53,510 nucleotides of DNA from a virus (taxonomy: Duplodnaviria; Caudoviricetes), in the IMG/VR virus record IMGVR_UViG_3300031578_000047, positions 1-53,510 of that record. One strand, given 5' to 3'. Shown piece after piece: positions 16,648 through 27,800 of the stretch (position 1 is its first letter; each line of letters begins with the position of its first letter). The notes beneath the pieces are model-generated. The model was not told the origin of the DNA and ran no database searches. It saw only the letters and a program-made list of their open reading frames with translations. The position numbers and the translations under genes were made by a program.

Positions 16648-17330
16648 TAGTTAATTGCCTGTAATGTGATGGTCGCGCTATCGTCGGCGCTAGACGTTCC
16701 ATTGTCGCCAAGTTCAAACGTGGCCGAACTATTCCTACTATCGGGTGCCGACTTAGCAATAATCGAATGCCCCCAAGACCTATCGGCGTCGGTTCTAATC
16801 CAAGTGTCGCCCGCCGCCGCCGGGGTAGAGTACGTTGAGCCGGTTTTGCTGGCCGATGTATAGCGTACTTCGTAGTCGGCCCCGGTCGTACTCGGTTCGT
16901 CGGTGTGCCATTCGCCCGCCGCTACATCGGTTAAGGTGCCATCGTCGTCGTGTACTAGCGTACCGTCCGATTGGAAAACGACGCGGCAAGTCACTAGGTT
17001 ACCTATATCTGTAGAACTTAAACTATGATTGGTTAGCGATACGCCGCTGGCCCCGCCCCCGCCAAGAATCGCCCGCTTGACGCCCATGCCTGAGAGCATT
17101 CCGCGCTGGTACTTTGGTCCCTTGAATGACTGCATCGCCATGGCCAGCCACTTCAGCGGATCCCCTTCTCCGTTCCACCCAAGCTGCAGGATCTCGTACA
17201 TCCATCCAGGCATCCGCCAGTCCTGCTTGAAGCGAGTCTCACGCACGCGATCGCGGAATGCCTTTGGCTGTGTGAACTTGGCAAACAGTCCGTCAGGACT
17301 GATGCCATCGATGATGACTCTTGATGCCAT
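16647..17330 (-). CDS. Fibre-associated beta-rich protein (227 aa)
   Basis: TAATG coupling to the large fibre gene; Gly linker followed by a Thr/Ser-rich domain. Confidence 0.7.
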   Translation of the reverse strand: MASRVIIDGISPDGLFAKFTQPKAFRDRVRETRFKQDWRMPGWMYEILQLGWNGEGDPLKWLAMAMQSFKGPKYQRGMLSGMGVKRAILGGGGASGVSLTNHSLSSTDIGNLVTCRVVFQSDGTLVHDDDGTLTDVAAGEWHTDEPSTTGADYEVRYTSASKTGSTYSTPAAAGDTWIRTDADRSWGHSIIAKSAPDSRNSSATFELGDNGTSSADDSATITLQAIN

Positions 17331-20300
17331 TACGAGTAGTCCGCTCCTGCGCCATACCAAGTGGTTCCGCCGTCCCAAGTCTCAAACGTGAAGATTGAGA
17401 ACCCATCGAGCGTAGCATTCATTACGTGAGCCGCTCCTCCTGCCCATCTGAACGTGCCACCAGCCCATGTGATCGTGCGGGCGGTAGCTGAGTCCTGCGT
17501 TACCTTGACCGTGATCTGGCCGTAGGTGCCGGAGGCAGGCGCATTCGACAGCGTGATGGTGATATTGCCAGTGACGCTCTCGAGGTCCACCTCGAAGGCA
17601 GGGCCAACAGTGTAGTCGAGTGTCTGCGTGGTGCCGGAAGGCGTCGACGACGAGGACTGGATCGAGTAGTCGAGCAGGTTCGCACGAATAATATCGTTGT
17701 CCTGCATATTGACGTCGATGTCCGTGAACACCCAGTCGAACGAGCCAACCGCCGAAGCGATAGCGACGTTGGTGCCGTCGAACGTCATGGTGCAATCGCC
17801 AGTCGTTCCCATGATGAACGTCGCGTTGTCGTCCATCTGGAAATTCAACGTGTCGTCGAGATACAGCGTACCCAGGCCAACCTTCGAGAACACGATGTCG
17901 GTGCCATTGTTGGTCATCGAGAACGTGTCGGTGTTGGTCGAGTCGTACAGCGTAAAGGCGTTGCCTGTCCTTACCGAGGTTGGCGACGTAAATTGCACCC
18001 CGCCAGTGGCCGTGTTGATGACAAGGTTTGTGCCGTTCCAGTCGATCTGCGCATCACCGCCAGCGGCACTACCGAAGCGCATCTCAAAGTTGTCCTCGAG
18101 GCGTGTCGAGTTGTTGAGGATGATCTCACCAGTGGTATTGCCAATACGCACAAGGCCACTCGTCACATCCATATTTATCAAGGCGCGCGTGGTGGCAGCC
18201 GAGTCATCCGTTGCTTGCAGGAAGCAGAGATCGTCCTGTTTGTTGAAGCCAAAGGCGTCAGCAGCATCACCAGAGCCAACCGTGTCGAAGATCATAAACT
18301 GGTTGCCAGGACCATGAACCTCAAAGCCGTTGGTCACAGTCGGCGTTGCAATTATCTGGGTGCCGTCATAGGTGAAGCCGGCATTGCTGTCGATGTCAGT
18401 CGCGGTCGTGAACACCGCAATCTGATTGTCGAGCGGGCTGCCCGATGATGTAACTGTTCCGGATCCACCGGCAGGAGCGGCCCATGTTCCATCTGCTCTC
18501 AGGAAGTTGGTTGTGCCGCCGCCTGACAGAGGAACCGATCCATTCAGCGTCGAAGTAAAGACAGGCAGGAAGGTGTTGACCTGGGTGCCAGTCAGCTCAG
18601 TGACGATGCCGCCAGCAGAGAGACTACCGAGCAACGTGTTTGCCGAGACAACATTCTGGATCTTGGCATAACTGATCGCGTCATTTGCGATCGTGGCTGC
18701 GACAGAGCCGGGTCCTGTGGCTGTTACATCTCCCGTTAGTGCGGTGATTGCGACATTTGAGACCTGATGATCGACACCATCGTCGGCTGTGAAGTACAGC
18801 TCATCGTCGGCGCTGTTGACCCAGATCTGTCCGTAGCCAACAGAGTCGGCCTGCGCCGCCGCTCGCTGCTGAAGGAATATCGACGAGCTTGCGAGAACCA
18901 AGGTTCCCGTTACATCAAGAACCGAGCCGTCCCATGTGAAGTTGGGATCACCCTCAATGGTGGTTGCGCCAGTCCATACAGCAATCTCGTTGTTAGCCGG
19001 AGTTCCTGAGTTGCTGACGTTGCCGGTGCCACCCGCAGCGGCAGATGTCTTTTGCAACTCGAACTGAACATGATCGACGTTACTGAATATCGTCGTGCCG
19101 TTGTCGATAATGGATACGCCAATCGTCCACCAGCCAGTATTGTCGGTGACGCTTGTCACCTCAAAGACGAAATACTTTTGTCGGCCAGCAGTCGTGCGGA
19201 GTGTCAGGACATCGCCAACCTCAATGGTGTCAAGGAACCATGCGGCATCATCGTCAGCGTAGTCGTTGTCGTCCAGATAGATTTCTGTGACGGATGCAGG
19301 TGTCGCGCTATTCAGTCGGAACAGACTTGTCGCTGGGTCTGCTGCCCCTGTTGGGGTGTTGAACCGCCATGTGCAGACTTGCAAGTTATTCAGCGGCGAG
19401 GATATGAACTCGCCGCGGTCGTAGAGGGCCGGGGCCGCATCGTCGCAACACCAGATCAGCGAGTGGCCTGCTATCGCTACCGGATCTCCTGCCGCTATCG
19501 TCTGACCAAGGAACCCAAGGTCAAGCGATTGAAATATCAAGTGGTTCTTTGAGCTCCCTGTAAGCGTTACCCTTCCTGCCGTGGTGTTGGCATCGAATGT
19601 GATGTTCTCGCCCCATGCCAAGTTGCCGACACTGAATGTGCCGCCACTCACGCGCACTGGCAGGTTAATCAGGTCCGTCACTGTGTTCATGCTCAGACCA
19701 ATCGTGCCCGACTGATTCACCAATTGCAGGGCGGTTGTAGTTGCACGAACAGAGCCTTCCAGCGTGAGACCAGAAGCACTGTAGAAGCTAAGCGTAGGAA
19801 TAGATGACGGTTCCGAGTACCGCATATTGAGAGTCGGCTCGTACCTTGTGTCTGTAGTCTCATCCCAATACAACATCTGCCCATCGACAGTGCCGTCTAC
19901 TAGAGCGGAGGCAGGAGCCTTCCAGCTCGCAGTTGTTGCAGTATCCGCAGATAACACCCAGCCAGCCGTCAGGCCAGACAGGTCGAGCAGGTTAAGCTCC
20001 GTTGCAGACGCCGTGACATCAGTCGCGCCCGCGGCGAGCAGGTGAGTGTGCGATGCTGCCGCGAAGTTGCTGTCAGCGTAATTGACCCAGGCGGTGCCGC
20101 TCCAGCGCAGCAGGTCGCCGGTGGTGATAGTTGTCTCGGTTACGTCACTGATATCGTCAAGGACAAAAGCGCCGGCAACAGCAGCAGCGTGCTGCGTAAC
20201 ACTAGATTCGGTGATGTTTGCATCAGGTACGTTGGCCCATGTTACTGCGGCGGTAAGGTCGTTAGTCTCTGTGGTCAGGTACGTTCCGAGGTCCGAGATA

Positions 20301-21805
20301 TCAGCTTCAACAAGGGCGCGTCCAACGTAACCAGTCGTGCCGTTTGCCACCAGTGCAAAACGGTTCGTGTTCGTCGCGCTTACAACATCGGATAGCTCAT
20401 CCAACTGACCTACACCAACTACACCCAAATCCCAATCGGTGCCGGTATCGTCAGTGAACACAAGGACGTTGGGCGTATCGTTTCTTACCCAAAGCTGGCC
20501 GTGGCCGGTTTGATCTGCCTGTGCTGCGGCAATCTCCTGGAACATGAGGGTGGCGCCGTTCTGCACAAAAACCTTCTCGACACCACTGACGCTGCTGATC
20601 TCGACCGGGCTGCCGGCAAACGGCAGGAACCGGATAACGCCGTCAGCCTCCAACTGCAGGAGATCTCCAGACAGGTCAGATTTGATGATTAGGCGATGGT
20701 TGCCGGACGAGAGGGTGTGATCCATCTCTATCTCGAAGCCGTTGCCGCCAGTCTGGTCGCTGACGCGGATGAAGTTGTACGGGTTATTCGCGGTCGTCAG
20801 GAAATTGATGCCGTTTACCGCGGTGCTGCTGCCCATGTCGAGTTCGAGTATGTAAGCACCAGCGACCGAGCCAGCGTCGAGCCTGAGCTGGCGAGTGGTT
20901 TCGTTCCATGAGATGTTGCTGCTCGGCTGATACGTCGAGCCGTCCCAGTACACCATGTCACCAGCGACGGCGCCATCGACCACGTTGCTCAACCCGATGA
21001 CCGTGTCAGTGCCGGTATCGTCAGTGAATACGAGCACGTTGGGAGTATCGTTTCTTACCCAAAGCTGGCCAACACCAGCCGACGAAGCTGCAGCGGTCGC
21101 GGCCTCGTTGATCTTTATGTTGCTGGCGCCAAGCCTGATCGATGTGTTTTCTACCCAGTTCGGATCTATCCAGACCAGCGGCGAATCATTGACTGTGCCA
21201 ACCGGCAGCGCCCCCGCAATGCTCGAGAGCTCAACATCGTTGCCGAGATCATCCGTGAACATCAGGACGTTAGGTGCGGAGTTCCTGACCCAGATCTGTC
21301 CAAAGGTTGCAGCACTGGACTCGGGCGGAGTGGCCTGCTCGAACATGACGATCGAGCCACCGTTTAAGGTGATCGAGTTGGTTGTTGTTGAGCCTACGTC
21401 AGTCGTGTCCTGCAGGCTGGTGGCTGTTGCTACTTCAGGGTTAAAGAGCTCAGTGATCGAGACAGAGGTCACACCTGGCTGAATGACTCCAGTCGTCTGG
21501 ACCTGCCACAACCTGTCATCGCCGGTCTGCTGTCCAGCCCAAACGGTCGTGCCCTTGACAAGGTCGCTGCTGCCATCCCAGTCTGGCGCGCGTGACCAAG
21601 CACCAACCGAGTCAGCCTCCCAGATACCATTCTCGGTTGCATCGCTCTGCGCTGTCAGTAGGACGCGGTCTCCATTTGCAATGAACACGCCCCCGTAAGG
21701 GTTGCTGATGCCGCTGAGCACAGGGACGTTGCTCTCAACCGCCACCACACATCGAACCTTGATCGCCAGTGATGCGATCACCCCGTTGAATCTATCGATA
21801 GCCAT
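17330..21805 (-). CDS. Large tail fibre / receptor-binding protein (1491 aa)
   Basis: N-terminal GDRVLLTAQ...ENGIW attachment-type domain; repeated GQ(L/I)WV...(V/L)FTDD modules; FLRADGTW; G/T/S/D-rich. Confidence 0.82.
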   Translation of the reverse strand: MAIDRFNGVIASLAIKVRCVVAVESNVPVLSGISNPYGGVFIANGDRVLLTAQSDATENGIWEADSVGAWSRAPDWDGSSDLVKGTTVWAGQQTGDDRLWQVQTTGVIQPGVTSVSITELFNPEVATATSLQDTTDVGSTTTNSITLNGGSIVMFEQATPPESSAATFGQIWVRNSAPNVLMFTDDLGNDVELSSIAGALPVGTVNDSPLVWIDPNWVENTSIRLGASNIKINEAATAAASSAGVGQLWVRNDTPNVLVFTDDTGTDTVIGLSNVVDGAVAGDMVYWDGSTYQPSSNISWNETTRQLRLDAGSVAGAYILELDMGSSTAVNGINFLTTANNPYNFIRVSDQTGGNGFEIEMDHTLSSGNHRLIIKSDLSGDLLQLEADGVIRFLPFAGSPVEISSVSGVEKVFVQNGATLMFQEIAAAQADQTGHGQLWVRNDTPNVLVFTDDTGTDWDLGVVGVGQLDELSDVVSATNTNRFALVANGTTGYVGRALVEADISDLGTYLTTETNDLTAAVTWANVPDANITESSVTQHAAAVAGAFVLDDISDVTETTITTGDLLRWSGTAWVNYADSNFAAASHTHLLAAGATDVTASATELNLLDLSGLTAGWVLSADTATTASWKAPASALVDGTVDGQMLYWDETTDTRYEPTLNMRYSEPSSIPTLSFYSASGLTLEGSVRATTTALQLVNQSGTIGLSMNTVTDLINLPVRVSGGTFSVGNLAWGENITFDANTTAGRVTLTGSSKNHLIFQSLDLGFLGQTIAAGDPVAIAGHSLIWCCDDAAPALYDRGEFISSPLNNLQVCTWRFNTPTGAADPATSLFRLNSATPASVTEIYLDDNDYADDDAAWFLDTIEVGDVLTLRTTAGRQKYFVFEVTSVTDNTGWWTIGVSIIDNGTTIFSNVDHVQFELQKTSAAAGGTGNVSNSGTPANNEIAVWTGATTIEGDPNFTWDGSVLDVTGTLVLASSSIFLQQRAAAQADSVGYGQIWVNSADDELYFTADDGVDHQVSNVAITALTGDVTATGPGSVAATIANDAISYAKIQNVVSANTLLGSLSAGGIVTELTGTQVNTFLPVFTSTLNGSVPLSGGGTTNFLRADGTWAAPAGGSGTVTSSGSPLDNQIAVFTTATDIDSNAGFTYDGTQIIATPTVTNGFEVHGPGNQFMIFDTVGSGDAADAFGFNKQDDLCFLQATDDSAATTRALINMDVTSGLVRIGNTTGEIILNNSTRLEDNFEMRFGSAAGGDAQIDWNGTNLVINTATGGVQFTSPTSVRTGNAFTLYDSTNTDTFSMTNNGTDIVFSKVGLGTLYLDDTLNFQMDDNATFIMGTTGDCTMTFDGTNVAIASAVGSFDWVFTDIDVNMQDNDIIRANLLDYSIQSSSSTPSGTTQTLDYTVGPAFEVDLESVTGNITITLSNAPASGTYGQITVKVTQDSATARTITWAGGTFRWAGGAAHVMNATLDGFSIFTFETWDGGTTWYGAGADYS
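20441..21070 (-). repeat. 60-bp dispersed direct repeat in the fibre gene (20441-20500, 21011-21070)
   Basis: 56/60 identical; both copies encode GQLWVRNDTPNVLVFTDDTG. Confidence 0.9.
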
Positions 21806-24800
21806 TAGTCTCTCGTCCCTGTGAAGTATTCGAGGAGCTCAGGGTCATCCTCGTCGATCAGTGCCTCCAACATCCTGTTGGTCTGACTGGCTGGCACATG
21901 GAATAGCGTACCAAACGATTTGACAAAAGCCTCGCGCGCCGCCTTGTCGTTCTCACCCTGCAATGCCTGTATGTAAAGATCTGACAGGTCACTGGCTAGA
22001 CCTCCTACTGGAGTGTTGCCGCCGCCATAGACGGCCGTTGTAATCTCCCGGGCAAATGGTACGCCTGAAAGCACCGACAGAGCAGTCTGCTCAGCGGTGA
22101 ACTTGAGATAGTCCTCTGGCTCCTCGGCATCATCAGGCCAGTTTCCGTAGATCAGCGCACTGGTCAGCCCCTCGAGGGTAAACAACAGAATCAGATCCGA
22201 GGCGTACTGAGCAGCGGAGATGAAACCTATGTCCTTCTTGAACTCCTGAGTTTTCATGTACGCGATGTTGCCCTTGCGCAGCATGTAGGAGATCAGCGTC
22301 GTCCACAGCCTGATGAACTGCTGCTGTCGGGTACTGGTACTCAGTGTGCCGCGCTCGATGTTGGATCTGTCAGAGAAAAATCCGGACGTCTGCGCGAGCT
22401 CTACCTGCGCATCTGCGTAGAAAATTGCATCGGCATCAGACAGGCCCTCCTCGTTGCGCCCCTTCCAGTAACCGCCATACCAGGTTGTCACATCGACGAG
22501 CGACTGCATCTTGGCGATCGGCCAGAAGAACGTGCGGCTGATCTTGTCCATGGCCATCTTCGCCGTAGTCGGGATGCCGCCGCCAAAGTTCTGCTGCAGG
22601 AAGTTCGACGTATCCTGTACATCCTTGTCGAACGCATTGGCCTGCCCGTAGCGCACCTTGAGGAAGGCAGACATCTCGAATGCCTCCTTCCATGCCTTGA
22701 CTGGATTAGCCATGACGCGACCGAGGCCCATCGCCATGGACTTGGATCCGATAACAGCCATCGACTGAAAGGCACCAGTGAGCTGCAGCGCAGTTGTGTA
22801 GATGTTGTAGGCCAGCTTCGACTTGGTGAAGCCAACACGGATGTAGGCGATGCGCCGCTCAACCACTGAGTTGGCCGGCAGCTCTCCGACAGCAGCGTCA
22901 GTCAGCCACAGGTTCAAGGTATTGAGCGCCTGTAGGTTGCCTGTTTTGCGGAAGGCAGCACGGACGTCTTTGTCGTTGATTAGATTCTTGACAAAGTTGA
23001 CCTCATTGCCGATAGCGATGTCGCGAGTGATCTCCTTCAGGTGCTTGTCGATCTGGAACACACCCAGGGCCACCACGTTTTTGTGGTTCTTGACGCGATT
23101 GTAAGTTGCACCCGCTCTGGTCGTGGCGCTGACGAACACACCGTTGCCCATGTTGGTGTAATGGTCATCGAAGATCTGGGCCTTCACGCGATCGCTGAAC
23201 TCTGGGTTGTAAGCCAGTGGGTAGTAGCCGCCACTTAGGTTTACCTCGACACCATCAGATCCAACCATGGTGAAGCTGGTCGGCTCTACCTTCTCGGCAG
23301 ATACTCCGCGGCGCTCCTTCATGGCCTGCGATAACTGCGGCCAATAGCTGCCGATGTAGTCCCAGATGTCCTGCACGAACATCCAGTCCTTTGACTCCAG
23401 CTTTGCGACCGCCGCCCTGACGTCAGCCTCGGGATAAGCGAGCTGGCCATTCTCGTCCACGCCATTAAGCAACGCGGTGAGGTTGCCATCGTTACCCATG
23501 TTCAGGGCCAGAGAGATGACATCATTGCGTGACATCTGCTCTCGCCCAACGACAGCGAAGTCCTTGCGGTCCATGCGCCGGCGCTCTGCATTGGTGTAAC
23601 GCTTTGTCCAGATTTTCGTGACGTCCTCGAGGGCCTTCTGCTGCATCGGTAGCAGGCGCTCCGTGTACGCGCGCCTGATGTTGTTAATCATCAAGCGATT
23701 GATGGCACCCCATCCCTCGCCGTCGACCAGTCTGGCCAAGACACTAGGGCCAAGCCAATGCGAGATGGCGCTGTTGAGCTCTCTGCTGCGCTGCTGCTTG
23801 GGCGTCTTGGTGCCTTTCTGCAGCGTGACATTCTGGTTGTTGTCGAGGATCTGGCTGATGATTTCCTCTTTGGCCTCCTCGAGGACAATCATCTCTCCGT
23901 TGACTGGCATCTTCAGTTGGAGGTCGGCCTCCTTCTCGAGCTGCTTGACAATGTCGCGCAGGCCAACCAGGTCATCAGCGGTCAGCTCCTTCCAGTTCAC
24001 ATTGCCGGAGAAGATCTTTTCTGCAGTCTCGGGCATGACCACCATGCGGCCAGACTCGACAGCCTCTCTGAGATCCCTGAGTGCTGCGTCGAGCTCCACC
24101 TCCTTCAGTGTCTTGTTGGCAAAGTCTACGTTCTCGATCACGGCAAGGATGCGGTCCAACACACCGAGCTTTCCGAGCCGCTGCTGAACTCTCGGCTTGG
24201 AAAATTTAGTCATGTAGTTGCGGATCTTCTCGCTCTGCTCTTTGGCCCTGACTGCCGCGCGATACATCTCGTAGTTCACGATCTGCTTGCGCTTCTCGAC
24301 GTAGGCCTCCTCAAAGTTATTCTGTCCAGCCAGCTCGAACGCTCGCCGGCCAGCCTTACGCTCTGCGTTGAGGTAGATCCGTGGATTGATGTCCTTCACC
24401 TGCTTGGCGCCGATGGTTGCTCTGGCAGCCTGCTTGATGATGGCCAGCTCCTCGCGCTTCGGCAGGCTTGCCTTGTTGGCATCCCGGGAGGCAGTACGGT
24501 TTTTCTGGATGTCCTTCTTGGTGGCGCTCACGATTGCTCTGTCGCGGCGCTGGAGCTCGCGTAGCTGACGCATCTCTGCAGCCAGCACCGATGCCCTGCG
24601 GTCGTTGTGAACGATCCTGACGGCGTCCTCAGCGATTGAGCCGTCGATCAGTGGGTCGGGAAAGAGCTGCTGCATCCGAGCTTCAGTCTCAGCCTTGATC
24701 CAGTTATTCATGGAAGGGACCTTAATCAGGTCCTCTATCATCTCGTTGGCTGACTTGTATCCCAGTGCTGTAGCGGCAACGTCAGTGTCTACGCCACCCT

Positions 24801-27800
24801 CCACGCTATACACCCAAGGCTTTGGCAGCCTGCCAACAAACTCCTTGCCGTAACGATCAATCAGATCTGCCTTATCGAGCTTGAATGGCGCCCGAGTGAG
24901 TGCAGACCCATCAGGCCGTGTACCGCGCTGCAGGAATGCAAGCGCCTTGTAGACCCGGGCAGCGTGCGCCTCGGCCTCTACCTCAGCCTGAACCTTTTTC
25001 TTTTCGTCCTTCCACCACGTTAATTGATCGCGCTTCAGTGCTGCCATGGCCTTGACGGTGAGCCGCTCGAGCTCCTCGTTATTGGCGTTGACAATGCTGG
25101 TGCGATAGACCTCGAACACCTCCTGCGACACGCCCATGGCTTCGGCCGTCAGCCAGGTCTGCTGGAGCTGCTCCACGGCTCTGGCTGCTTTGATCTCGTC
25201 GTCAGTCGCGAGCATCCGGTCCATGACTCCGCGGATCTCGTCGGTCAGTTGAATGGCGTCCGGGCTCTGCCGCATCCGGCGCCAGATGTCAGTCAGCCAT
25301 CGACGGAAGGAGTTGAATGCGTCCTGCAGGGCCATGCTTGGAGCCTTGCCCTCGTACAGATACTTCTCGAATGACTCTGCCCAGAGCTCATGGTGCTCGC
25401 GCGTAATCTGTCCGCGGTTTTCAACACCGAGGTACTCGAGGATCTTCGCGTAGTCAGCCTTGATCTTGTCGGTTGCTTCCGGGCGCTCTGCCAAGCTGCC
25501 AATGACCTCGAGATACAGGTGGCCAGACTCATGCAGGAATGTAGACAGGTCGCGAGACTGGAACAGCCTGATTGTGGCTCGGCCGACCTCGTCGAATGTA
25601 ATTGATCCCTTCTTTTTCTGGAATAGCGTTTGACCCTCGAGGGCGGCCTCCTTCATCTGCTCAGTGATGTCGAGCGAATGCACTCGGATCTGCTGATGGT
25701 TTTTCTTATTGGCGATACCTCGAGCTACTTCCTCCAGCTCATACGGGCCGCTGGCAATTCTGTTGGTGGCATCCATGACATACCAGCCAAGGGTCTCCCG
25801 GGCTTGACCGTATAGCCTTGGATTTCTCCTGAGCTCCACCCTGAAGGGTGCTCCGGTCGACGTCTGTACTCGCTGGCCATTGCGTACTACGTTGGCATTC
25901 TTGTCCAGTTTGCGCGCAGCTTTGTTGGTCAGGTTGACGAGCTCGTTGTCATAGAAGTTGACATGAGCTGAGTCATCAGCCTCCCTGCCGGCACGCTTGT
26001 TTTGTACGTGCCCGGGAGTCCAAGCGACCTGATCGTAACCCTCCTCTGCAGCCAGCCGGATGATCCGCTTCATCGCCAGCGACGGCCATCCTCGTCCCTT
26101 GAACGGTGCATTAGGAACAGCGTCAACGACTTTTCTGAGAGCTTCACGCTTTAATGCCTTGGCCTGCCTGTGCGATTCAACCGCCATTGCGTATCGGTCG
26201 CCGGCCTCTATGGCAACCGGATCTGTTACGTCCCATCGCTCCGCCCAGTCTCTATTGAAGCGAACCGCACGCCTCGCCTCTCCCTTGGTGTCAAAGCCAA
26301 GGAGATCGCTGCTATCGAGCACCTCATCGAGAGCAATAGTTGCCAGAACGCGCTCATGTTCGGCAGCCTTGATGCCATCGTCGAGGACCTTGATTGCCTC
26401 TGGGCTCAGGCCCTCCTCGTCACCCCGGTATCCGTAGCGGCTGCCACGCTGATGCCAGTCGCTCTGCACTTCCTCAACGAACAGGATCCTCTCGCCGCTC
26501 GGGCCGTACCGCTCAGTTGTGCGCATCCAGGCAAGGATATTTTTCTCGTTGAAGTGACTGAAGCCGAAGTTCTCTTGCAGGCCCTTCTCACCAGCAGGAG
26601 GAGCTTCGATCCTGAAGTCGGTCGTTGTCTCCTTCGCAATGTTCAGGCTGAGCGCGTTCATCTCCTCAACGAGCAGATCGTACTGTTGCTCAGTAACATT
26701 GCTGACGGTCAGCTTGAGGTCTGGTTGTCCTGAGTTCTCGCGCTCGAGGACAGCACCAGCCATACGCGGTTCAGATTCGATGAATGTGAACAGATCATCG
26801 GCCTGATCGTCGTCGATTGGATAACCCTCGCCTATGTGCTCGAGGTCGAGCGTGAATACCAGCGTGTCCTCAGCGATCTCTGGCAGCTTCAGGAAGATGT
26901 CGCGCGGCTTGTTGCCGTTCGGCATTGACTGGCCCTTATAGGCCGCGTCACCGAGGGCCTGAGTCTCGACAACCTCGATGCCGTTATTCTCAACAAACTT
27001 GATGATCTGGTCGCGAGTAACAGTATTGTTTAGCTCGGCCTCGGCCTCGAGCCACTCATCTACTCCGAGCCACTCCATCTCCGCCTTGGTAACACCTGGC
27101 TGCTTCTTGAGCAGGGCGAGCATTTCGTTAGCCTTGCCCTTGCCATTGGGCATGGTGCGGGCAGCAGTCAGAAGTCCAGATGTGAAGCCGATCGATGACT
27201 GATAGAACGTCTGGGTAGCCGAAAGTGTGCCCTCCGAAGCCATGCTCTTGGTCTGGCCGTTTTCCAAGTACAGCGCATCGAGCATTCTCCAGTCAGCGAG
27301 GTTGCCAAAGCTGGCCATATTGTTCGCGGCCGTGGTGTTCTTTTCCTTAGTTGATACGATGAAGGCGGCAGCATTCATGTCAGCAAGAGCGCGGATCAGG
27401 CGGTTCGACTGGCCAGTATGTTTGAGCTTTGACATCTCCTGTGGAGTCATCGACAGGAAGCCGAGAACGTGATGCCTGTTGTTCAGCATGAGCACCCCTT
27501 CAGGGTTGCCCATATCCTTCAGGACTTGCTGGGTATCTGCCGGCGAGCTGATCTTCCTGCCGTTCTGTTTACCGCGAATTTTGCGGGTGTAGACAGGCAC
27601 CTTCTTGTTGCGAGCCGCTGGCGTGATAGGTCCACGACTCAGCACGCCATGCTCACCAAACTCTGTGAACTGGCTGTTACCGCCGCCAACCAAAACGTGA
27701 CCCTGAACTTTTACGCCTGAGCCTTCCATGAGCTGATCGATACGCCGCGTGATGCGCTCGTCTGCCTGCGACGGCTCGAGGACACCGCTCGGGTGGTTGT

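Noticed and set aside
20441-21070. Possible DGR template/variable repeat pair, given the BPP-1-like architecture
   Set aside because: The four mismatches are synonymous and not adenine-specific, both copies are mid-gene, and no reverse transcriptase ORF is visible
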